Part shown: positions 39,213-46,757 of the stretch, one piece after another
Numbering within the stretch: the first letter of the stretch is position 1
Layout of the letters: every line of letters starts with the position of its first letter
Assembly: GCA_910578765.1 (NCBI GenBank)
Contig: CAJTRW010000001.1
Location: 3,386 to 67,385 of the forward strand
DNA: 64,000 nt
Source of the DNA: an uncultured Christensenella sp.
GTDB lineage: Bacteria > Bacillota > Clostridia > Christensenellales > Borkfalkiaceae
Direction: 5' to 3'
Made by a program: the position numbers and the translations under genes
The notes under the pieces: generated by a model
What the model was told of the DNA's origin: nothing
Seen by the model: only the letters and a program-made list of their open reading frames with translations
Database searches by the model: none

Positions 39213-40313
39213 TTAAGGGTGTTTGTATTTGAATTCGCCGCCGAAACGGGCATAGTCGCCGCCTATTTTAGCGTATATGTATCTAAGCGGCTCGCACACG
39301 GTTTTTTTGATAGTAAACAAATCGCCGCGTTCGTTCAAAGTTTCGCCAAGACAAAAGCCCGCGCAATGCTCCCGCGCGATACAGTCTCGACATTCGGGAA
39401 GATTGTCCAGCGTCCTGCTCTGTAAAACGTCTATCTTCTTTTTATCGTAAATTATACGGTTGTTTTCTTTATCGTACTTGCCGTAGATAAACGCATCCAT
39501 CTGTGCGGCGTTTTCGCCGCTTGTACACATTTCGCAGGCGGAAACGTAACCGTCCATGGTCAGGTGCGGCATAGGCAGGCAAGAGCGGCAATTATAACAC
39601 GTTGGACCGTCGAAGTTGGTGGTGAAGTTGCTTTCGTAAAAAACCCCGCGCGTTTTGCCGTATTCCCTCGCCTCTATAAACCTGCGCGCAAAATGCATAT
39701 TGTCTATCGGCTCGAAAGTCTTATCCTCCGTCTCGCTGACGGGCGCGAAAATGGGGTCGACCCAGATATGCTTTATACCCAGCGACAAAAGATAGTCAAT
39801 GCCCTCCTTTTGCCTGTCTATATTGTACGGCGTAATAGTACTGCGCACGCCGACCATGGCGCGCTTGTTTTCGAGGTTTTTGAAATATTTCAGGTTGCGC
39901 TCTATAACGGCGGACGTAGGTTTTCCGCTGACCGTCACGCGGAACATGTCGTGCGTTTCGGGAAGCAAGTCCATGGACACCCAGATTTCGTCCATGTTAT
40001 AAGCCAGCCACTCCGCAAGGCGGGGGTTGAAAAACCCGTTAGTCTGTATTTCGCAGTTTACATCCGGTTTGAATTTCCTTGCGTACGCGCATATTTGTTT
40101 TATAAGCTCCGGCTCGGTCGTGGGTTCGCCGTCGCCGAAAAATCTTATTCCGTTCACTACGCCCGTGGCGACGTACTCGTCTATCCCGCACTTCGCAAAG
40201 TCCAAATCCAAAACGGTATATTTGGCTTTGCGCGCGCCGTAACAGTATTTGCACGCCATATTGCAACGCGACGTAAGCAGAAACGATATTATTCTTTTGT
40301 TACAGTAAGGCAA
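39213..40313 (-). CDS. Radical SAM enzyme with a C-terminal SPASM domain
   Basis: 366 aa. CNMACKYC is the CxxxCxxC cluster. The C-terminus has CYNCRSC...ACEMC and CRDCIAREHCAGFC (CxxCx5Cx3C). The apparent start is TTG at 40313, after GGGAGGA. Confidence 0.85.
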   Translation of the reverse strand: MPYCNKRIISFLLTSRCNMACKYCYGARKAKYTVLDLDFAKCGIDEYVATGVVNGIRFFGDGEPTTEPELIKQICAYARKFKPDVNCEIQTNGFFNPRLAEWLAYNMDEIWVSMDLLPETHDMFRVTVSGKPTSAVIERNLKYFKNLENKRAMVGVRSTITPYNIDRQKEGIDYLLSLGIKHIWVDPIFAPVSETEDKTFEPIDNMHFARRFIEAREYGKTRGVFYESNFTTNFDGPTCYNCRSCLPMPHLTMDGYVSACEMCTSGENAAQMDAFIYGKYDKENNRIIYDKKKIDVLQSRTLDNLPECRDCIAREHCAGFCLGETLNERGDLFTIKKTVCEPLRYIYAKIGGDYARFGGEFKYKHP

Positions 40314-40359
40314 ACAATCCTCCCGCGCGGCGTAAAGCCGAGTTAAAGTTACGAAAAAA

Positions 40360-40388
40360 ATTATACAACAAATTTATACGCAAGTCAA
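40360..40388 (-). promoter_or_regulatory. Promoter of the radical-SAM-to-TIR operon, TTGACT-17 nt-TATAAT
   Basis: Minus-strand reading is ccgTTGACTtgcgtataaatttgttgTATAATttttttcg, about 40 nt upstream of the start codon. Confidence 0.7.
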
Positions 40389-40420
40389 CGGTTACGGCAA
40401 ATAATCGGGGCATAAAAACG

Positions 40421-42601
40421 TCATACGCGCTTAACTATTTTAAACCCGCAGCGCGTTAACAGCCAATAGGCGTCGTCCATTAACTGATAGTCGTATTTTA
40501 TAACGTCGGTTTCGTTTTCGTCAAGGTTATCCCTTTCGGCAATAATGCGCCTGAACTCCGCCAGCCCGTCGAAGGTGGTGATATTCCCGTGGCGGCGCAG
40601 GTTATAGTTTTTGCCGTCGGTGAAAACGGTCCTGCCGTTCTTTACGGTCGTTTCGTTGAGTATTTGCTGTTTATCGGCGGGTATTACGCCCTTCGACAGC
40701 ATGAAAGCGTTCCACCTGTAATGCTCGGATACTGCCAGATTTTTTCTCTTGGATTCGGGAAAATCCAGCGTGTAATTAATAATTTTTTTGCCGTCCGCCG
40801 TGACGGAATCATATCGCGCGTCGGGCGCGTCTCCGTCGGCGTAGACCTGCATATATTCGCTTTCGGAAAGTGCGGGCAGCGCACTGTCCTCCGCGTCGCA
40901 ATAGTCCAACCCCAGCATATTCAACTTGGAACGCAGACTGAGACAGCAATACAGACTCGACTCCCTTTCGAGACTGGATTTTTCCGTAAACCACTTTTTC
41001 TCGGCAACCAGGCGGCACTCCGCAAGGCTTTGCTCGGTCGGGGTGAAAGCCGCGTCCGTCGTAATTCTTTTTTCCAGCTCGTATATATAATCGCGCAGCT
41101 TTGCCATGCGTGAAATTTTGTCGTCCGTAATCTGCTCTATGTCGTAAACGTCGGATTTCTCGTCGCCTATCGGGTAACAGTTTTCCCCCGTGACAAGCTT
41201 GCCGTATCTCTCCGCATCGCGCACCTTGACGAATATCGCGACGTCGCTCAAGCCCCACTCCGCGCGCTTTTCCGTAAGCTTGCAGGCAAGGTCTATGTTT
41301 TCGAGATCGGTACCGAAAGATATTATTATGAAGCCGACGCCGTTTTTACACGACGCCGCCTTTCTTATATCGCTGTAAAAGTCGGGGCTGTTGACGTCAA
41401 GATGCCTGTATTCCTCTATTGCGGGCAGAGGCGGCAACGGCAGATAATCCACCGCGTCCGCGTCCGGAAATTCGTTTTTAAAACGGTAATAAGTATGATT
41501 GAGGTTTTTGTTTTCTTCGGACGAATTTTTATCGAATATAAAGTATTTGACGGGCTTTACGGAAAGACACTTCCCGTCGCGGCAGAGGAACTGGTTGTTT
41601 GCCACAGAAGCGAGGAATATCCTGCGGTTGGCGTTGCCGAAGCCTATCAGACAGACGTTTATTTCCGTTTGCTTTTTGACAAGCGCGGTTTCGTAATCGA
41701 TGTGCCGCCCGTCCATAAAAGAAGATAAAGGATATCTGTCGGTAAAGCGCGCCGCAAGCATGAGATACTTGTTTTTGTATTGAATACAGCCCGCCGACTG
41801 CGCAACCGCCTGACCGTAAACAGCCTCATGTGCGGGATCGCCGAAAACGTAGACGCGCAGGCGGCACCGTTCTTTGCCTGACGTAACGGCTTTGTTCGTT
41901 TGCTCGTTGAAAAGGCGGCATATATTCAGGTTTTTTCCGTCGTCGCCGGTATTTATCACAATCGTACTATCAGCGCCGTCTCCGCCTATCCGCCGCATTA
42001 TGCCGCACACGGCGGCTTCGTAATTTTTAAGATTTATGTAATTAATCTTCTTGCGGTAAAGGAAAAGTCTGTCCTCCGCCGAAAGACCGTCTACTATCAA
42101 TGCCGCGTAGCGCCCCGCGCTTTTGTAAACGTTGATGTTGTCTTTGTTATAACCGAAGATATACAGTTTGGGTTTGCGGCTGAAACGCAGATAAATCGAG
42201 CTTGCAAAACGCCGTATCTGCTGGCTTGTAAGCGAAAACGTAAACAGCAGCGCGTTTAACAGGACGAGTATACAGCAGTAGTAAACCGTTATTTTATAGA
42301 ACAGGTCCGCTTTCATCAGGGCGGATATATCCGACAGACTGTATTTAAGTACGACAAGGTTTACGGTGTTGCCCACCGCTTTGAAAAACGCCGTTAAAAA
42401 ATCCGCGCCGCCGTACATGAAGCCTATGCAGAAAAGAGGTATGGCCAGTACAAGCACTACGGCGCACTTGCCTTTTTTAAAGCTTCTCAGATAAGCTATC
42501 CTGTCCTCCCTGTTCTTTACCGCGAAGCTGACCGCCGTATAAATAACCGCGACGGTCAGTAAAGTAAAGCATATTGCCGTGACAACGTTGTAAGCCGCCA
42601 T
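40421..42601 (-). CDS. Membrane protein: N-terminal TM helices, two Rossmann-like segments and a C-terminal EHxRW (RyR-like) module
   Basis: 726 aa with about 4 TM helices in the first 130 aa. KLYIFGYNKDN and INVCLIGFGNANRR are beta-Gly-rich starts. The C-terminus has LAVSEHYRWNAFMLSKG. Confidence 0.6.
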   Translation of the reverse strand: MAAYNVVTAICFTLLTVAVIYTAVSFAVKNREDRIAYLRSFKKGKCAVVLVLAIPLFCIGFMYGGADFLTAFFKAVGNTVNLVVLKYSLSDISALMKADLFYKITVYYCCILVLLNALLFTFSLTSQQIRRFASSIYLRFSRKPKLYIFGYNKDNINVYKSAGRYAALIVDGLSAEDRLFLYRKKINYINLKNYEAAVCGIMRRIGGDGADSTIVINTGDDGKNLNICRLFNEQTNKAVTSGKERCRLRVYVFGDPAHEAVYGQAVAQSAGCIQYKNKYLMLAARFTDRYPLSSFMDGRHIDYETALVKKQTEINVCLIGFGNANRRIFLASVANNQFLCRDGKCLSVKPVKYFIFDKNSSEENKNLNHTYYRFKNEFPDADAVDYLPLPPLPAIEEYRHLDVNSPDFYSDIRKAASCKNGVGFIIISFGTDLENIDLACKLTEKRAEWGLSDVAIFVKVRDAERYGKLVTGENCYPIGDEKSDVYDIEQITDDKISRMAKLRDYIYELEKRITTDAAFTPTEQSLAECRLVAEKKWFTEKSSLERESSLYCCLSLRSKLNMLGLDYCDAEDSALPALSESEYMQVYADGDAPDARYDSVTADGKKIINYTLDFPESKRKNLAVSEHYRWNAFMLSKGVIPADKQQILNETTVKNGRTVFTDGKNYNLRRHGNITTFDGLAEFRRIIAERDNLDENETDVIKYDYQLMDDAYWLLTRCGFKIVKRV

Positions 42602-42620
42602 TTTTTACCTCTGTGAAAAT

Positions 42621-44903
42621 TTATCTGAAACAGTCTATAAAGTGAATTGTTTCGTTATCCTTTAAGCCGCGCTTGCGGGCAATATCTATGCAGTGATACG
42701 TGCCGCCGCGGTTTATGGGATTGTTGTCCCTGTCGTGAAGGGGAAGCTCTTTGCCGTCCCATACGGCGATTAGCCTGTCGCATTTTTCTATAAGATATTT
42801 TCCCGACTCGTAGTAAGTATAAACGGGGTCCGGCACGACCTTGCACACTACGGCAAGGGCTAAAAGATGCCTCAGGTGCAACACCTCATTTTCCGTCATA
42901 GGGTTGCCGTGCGTTTGCCTGTCGCCGATAACGTCCCTTATGTGCTGTTCGTACTCCATTGGCAGGACGGCTTTGGTTGTAAGGTTAAGCTCGTCGGCGC
43001 ACTCGGCTATGAGTATATCCGCCCCGTTAGCGTAACACGTCCTGACTATGACGCGGTATTCCTCGGCATATTTTTTCAAAATAGCTTTTATTTTTTCTTT
43101 AATCAAATTTCTCGTAGCGGGGTCGGTGTCCTCGGTAAAGTATCTGTGACCCGTACCCGCAATTACCAAATCCTCCTTCCTGCCGGAGCGGTAATTATAT
43201 ATCTTTATGCCGCTGTTGAATTTTTTCAAAAGCGGTATTATGTTGCGAATCATTAAAACGTCCTTGCTTTTTTCGCTTTCGGAAAGCGCTTCGTACGGCA
43301 CTATGGACTTGTGGATTTTTTTACAGTTTCTCTCCTCCGCGGTTTTGTAATCGGTTCCGTAGCGCCAGCCGAGGTTAAGCTTTTCCCTGACCCAGCGCAA
43401 ATGCTCCTCGCGCGCGAGAAACTCCACGTTTCTCGCCCCCCGGTTCCCGAGGCGGCAGTCGTTAAAGTCGTCCACAACGGGATAGTCTAAATTTTTACTG
43501 CTGTAAAAGCAGTTTATAAGCTCCAGCTTGTAAGAGTAAGATTTTGCCTGTTCGATATTGGATACCTTATATTCCAGCGGCAATTCCGCAAAGGAACAAT
43601 TCAGATGGTCGATATTATAGTCCAGACAGTGCTTTATGTAACTTGCGTGTATCGCCTTGGCGAAGTCGCAAAGATTTATGAAGTTATCCTCTGAAGCGTA
43701 TAAATAGGATTTCTTTTTCTTCGTCCTTTCCGCCGCCGAAGCGTCCAGCCGCAAATCGGATTTTATAAAGCTTTTTATCGCTTTGACGAAATCTCCGTCC
43801 TGTATATCGTTAAAGCTTTTATTGGGACGCTTCTTTAAAAACCCGTCGGAATAATCGTCTACGGAATAACTTTCGAATATATACCGCGCGGAAATATAAT
43901 CGTCGGAAACCGTAAGCTCTACGTCCCAGGCTATGGGGTCGCATTTGCTCGCCTTGCCGTAAGCAAGCCTGTCCCAGTTCTGCAATTCGTCGCAGAGAAT
44001 GAGAAGGTACGCAAGGGGATGCTCGTTTAATTCAATCGGATGTGCATTTTCTATTTCGTATTTATTCAGACTGTTGTGAAGAAGTATCGCCGTCAGTACA
44101 TCCAGCCTTTCCGCGTCTAAAACAAGCCCGTCGTTTTCAAACAGGCTTTTCGCAAGAATGACCGCACTGAAATAGCCGTGGTCCATAAATTTCGGCTGGC
44201 GTTCCACGCGCGTTTTCAACTTTCCGCAAACATAGTCGAAGTCGTACCCCTCGCGCTTTTGCAGCCCGTAAGATAAAAGCTCGTTAACGGACGAAAAGGT
44301 CCTGTCGGCTTTCAAACTTTCTCTTATGCGCTTACCCGTTGCGTCGTCTAATTTTAAAAACCCGTCCATATTGCCGAACGAAACGTAGGGTTTTTCGCCG
44401 CCTTCCCACAGCTCGCCCGCGTAGACTTTAAGTTGCTCGTGCGCAAGTTGGAAGGGATAACCCACGTCGTGGAAAAGCGAAACGGTACCCCATAGACGCA
44501 AAAATTTTTCCGCCGCCTCGCCGCCCGTAACTTTATAAAAATTATCGAACGCGGAACGCAGCTTCCCGTCGTGCGCGTACATCGCCAGACCCAAAGCGAA
44601 AACGTAAACCGAATGCGAATAATGGTCGCGGTGTTTGGACAGCAGCTCGCCGGAATGATATTCGTGGTCGGAAAGAGTTTCCAATAGCTTTTGCGTGTTC
44701 TCGTAACCGCTGCCGAAAAGCTTGAAAATCTCACTGAAACAAAAATAGACGACGAATGCGTCCGCCTTTTTGCCGCTTTTTAAAAACGCTTCCGTAGCTT
44801 TGCGAAAACAGGTCATTTCGTTTTTCGGGATTTCGCCGCCGTTGCCGCAACGGTTTTCCATCATATCGAAATAGCCGCCGCATAGTTGTAACAATGTGTT
44901 CAT
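42621..44903 (-). CDS. HD-domain / RyR-domain / SLOG-like three-domain protein
   Basis: Start set at MNTLLQL (ATG 44903, AAAGGTGA RBS). HD: HRDHYSHS...LFHDVGYP. RyR: LAREEHLRWVREKLNLGWRYG...HKSIVPYEALSESEKSKD. C-terminus: VIAGTGHR...YANGADILIAECA...IAVWDG...NRGGTYHCI (LOG/SLOG-like). Confidence 0.7.
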   Translation of the reverse strand: MNTLLQLCGGYFDMMENRCGNGGEIPKNEMTCFRKATEAFLKSGKKADAFVVYFCFSEIFKLFGSGYENTQKLLETLSDHEYHSGELLSKHRDHYSHSVYVFALGLAMYAHDGKLRSAFDNFYKVTGGEAAEKFLRLWGTVSLFHDVGYPFQLAHEQLKVYAGELWEGGEKPYVSFGNMDGFLKLDDATGKRIRESLKADRTFSSVNELLSYGLQKREGYDFDYVCGKLKTRVERQPKFMDHGYFSAVILAKSLFENDGLVLDAERLDVLTAILLHNSLNKYEIENAHPIELNEHPLAYLLILCDELQNWDRLAYGKASKCDPIAWDVELTVSDDYISARYIFESYSVDDYSDGFLKKRPNKSFNDIQDGDFVKAIKSFIKSDLRLDASAAERTKKKKSYLYASEDNFINLCDFAKAIHASYIKHCLDYNIDHLNCSFAELPLEYKVSNIEQAKSYSYKLELINCFYSSKNLDYPVVDDFNDCRLGNRGARNVEFLAREEHLRWVREKLNLGWRYGTDYKTAEERNCKKIHKSIVPYEALSESEKSKDVLMIRNIIPLLKKFNSGIKIYNYRSGRKEDLVIAGTGHRYFTEDTDPATRNLIKEKIKAILKKYAEEYRVIVRTCYANGADILIAECADELNLTTKAVLPMEYEQHIRDVIGDRQTHGNPMTENEVLHLRHLLALAVVCKVVPDPVYTYYESGKYLIEKCDRLIAVWDGKELPLHDRDNNPINRGGTYHCIDIARKRGLKDNETIHFIDCFR

Positions 44904-44943
44904 AAATTCACCTTTTCTCTTACGGCAAAAAACCGCTTTGTTT

Positions 44944-44972
44944 ATTATATCACTAAAAACGCGCGCCGTCAA
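44944..44972 (-). promoter_or_regulatory. Promoter of the HD-RyR-SLOG transcription unit, TTGACG-17 nt-TATAAT
   Basis: Minus-strand reading is aatatTGACGgcgcgcgtttttagtgaTATAATaaac. The -10 lies at 44949-44944 and the -35 at 44972-44967. Confidence 0.7.
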
Positions 44973-44998
44973 TATTCGCCGCGGAATATCTTGCGGCA

Positions 44999-45027
44999 TT
45001 GACATTAATTGCGTTTAGTGTTATAAA
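44999..45027 (+). promoter_or_regulatory. Divergent promoter of the 550-aa membrane protein gene, TTGACA-17 nt-TATAAA
   Basis: TTGACA at 44999-45004, 17-nt spacer, TATAAA at 45022-45027. RBS ggagag precedes ATG 45060. Confidence 0.65.
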
Positions 45028-45059
45028 ATAAGCATATCAAAAATAACGGAGAGAATATT

Positions 45060-46712
45060 ATGATTTACGAGCTGGAATATGTAAACAAAAGGTACGACGA
45101 AATTATAAAAGAAGTCGACTTCGTAAACAATAAGGGCACAGACCCGCAATCCTTATTTATCTATATAAAAGGTTGCGGTTTGCTGTCGAATATAAAGACT
45201 TATTTTGTTTATGCAAAATTGTTAAAAAAACTAAAAAAGTTAATGACTTTAAGCGGATATATGCTTGATTATCATGAAAGTTATAAAAGCAACTCCGTCG
45301 GCAAAAAGCAATTGAAACAAAGAAAAAAAGCAGGAAAATATTTTTCAAAGAAAAAAGATAATATAGACGCCGACTACTCGCAAGAAAAAGACGAAAGAGA
45401 TCCCGACGAAATCATTGCGGACCTGAAAGAAATCAGAGAAAATATAGCGCAGCTTATAGTTAAAATAGAGCCTCTGTTAAAGAGCCTTAGGGAATATTTA
45501 TTCAACACGGTCATTATTGCGTTTATGCCGTTTACCGTTGTAGGCTATGCTTTGCTGACAAGCTTTTTAAAAAACAACGCCGTAGACGTTACGGCAACCG
45601 TCACGGCATTCGTATGCTGGTCGGGATATTTAGCCGCAAGAGCGGTATACCTTATAAAATTTACGCGTTACTACAAGTTGGACGGGAAAGCCGCTTGCAT
45701 TAAATTGATGTATCACCTGTCCGCAATTTTTACATATTTTTCGATAGACCTGCTGTTCTGCCTTACTTGCTTCGGTTGCGGCGATTTGCCTGCCGCCGTG
45801 TTGTTGCTGATATTATGCGGCGTTTTCATTTTTACATTTTTATACGATATTTTCTGCTCGTCGAAATTTTTTATAGGCGAACTCGGGTACTGTTCGTTTG
45901 TCGTTTTGGCGGGCGCGGTACTGTGCGTTATTCTTTTCGCCGTCGAAAACGTTATAATTTCCCGAATAGTTTCGGGGTTTTTGATTTCGGTTGAAATAGG
46001 ACTTCTGCTGATAATATTCAAGGCGTTTATTATAGAGCAAAGGAAAATCGAAACCTTAGTGCAAATAATATGTATAATAATAATCGTGCTTATGAGTATC
46101 TGCATAGGCGCGGTGTTGATTTACCGCTTTACCTGGGTTTCCCCCACGGAAGGAAAACCTGCCGACAATACTCTTTTCAGCGCCGTAATGGGCATATATG
46201 CCGCGCTTATCGGCGGAGTTCTTACTTTCACGGGCGTGGCCTGGACTATACGGCACAACGAACAACAGCGTAAAGCAGACGAAAAAATGCGAGTAAGACC
46301 TTATTTGGTCAATAGCAGTTATAGCAACAATCACCCTATTTATCCCTTGCTGTTCAAAAATTTTTCGAATGAAAACGAGGAACCGCTCATAATTAAAAAA
46401 ATATACGTTTATGTAACCGATGCGGCGGACTGTATCTTTCTCGGACTTATGACGAAAGAAAAATTTTTCCCTATGGACGGAGAGATTTATACAAAACGCA
46501 ATTCTTACCATGCTACCGTAGAATTGCGTTTACCGCAAAATACACGTTTGGATAAAACTTACCTGATAGTAAAAGATTTGCTTGATAATTTGTATAAATT
46601 CGAATGTAAGCTTGAAGCTTGCGAGGACGGCAAATATCAATGCGTCGACATAGGAATACCCGAAGAACTTGACAAAAACCGGCTTCAACTAATAAATTCC
46701 GATAAACAATAA
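45060..46712 (+). CDS. Hypothetical multipass membrane protein (soluble N-terminus, ~8 TM, soluble C-terminal domain)
   Basis: 550 aa and the only plus-strand gene in the region. It is visibly AT-rich and I recognise no family. Confidence 0.65.
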   Translation: MIYELEYVNKRYDEIIKEVDFVNNKGTDPQSLFIYIKGCGLLSNIKTYFVYAKLLKKLKKLMTLSGYMLDYHESYKSNSVGKKQLKQRKKAGKYFSKKKDNIDADYSQEKDERDPDEIIADLKEIRENIAQLIVKIEPLLKSLREYLFNTVIIAFMPFTVVGYALLTSFLKNNAVDVTATVTAFVCWSGYLAARAVYLIKFTRYYKLDGKAACIKLMYHLSAIFTYFSIDLLFCLTCFGCGDLPAAVLLLILCGVFIFTFLYDIFCSSKFFIGELGYCSFVVLAGAVLCVILFAVENVIISRIVSGFLISVEIGLLLIIFKAFIIEQRKIETLVQIICIIIIVLMSICIGAVLIYRFTWVSPTEGKPADNTLFSAVMGIYAALIGGVLTFTGVAWTIRHNEQQRKADEKMRVRPYLVNSSYSNNHPIYPLLFKNFSNENEEPLIIKKIYVYVTDAADCIFLGLMTKEKFFPMDGEIYTKRNSYHATVELRLPQNTRLDKTYLIVKDLLDNLYKFECKLEACEDGKYQCVDIGIPEELDKNRLQLINSDKQ

Positions 46713-46716
46713 ATTA

Positions 46717-46747
46717 CGCCCGTCCGCTTTTACGGACGGGCGTTTTT
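46717..46747. terminator. Bidirectional terminator between convergent genes
   Basis: Stem cgcccgtccg / cggacgggcg with loop ctttta, followed by TTTTT. Confidence 0.8.
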
Positions 46748-46757
46748 AAATTGTAAA

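Noticed and set aside
39202-40420. Search for a short RiPP precursor ORF next to the radical SAM/SPASM gene.
   Set aside because: The upstream gap is occupied by the promoter and 5' UTR, and the downstream gap is 11 nt. No RBS-preceded small ORF was seen on the minus strand.
44904-45005. Upstream ATG at 45005 giving a 794-aa version of the HD-RyR-SLOG protein.
   Set aside because: That start would place the coding region over the consensus -10/-35 pair at 44944-44972 and has no RBS. ATG 44903 has AAAGGTGA upstream.
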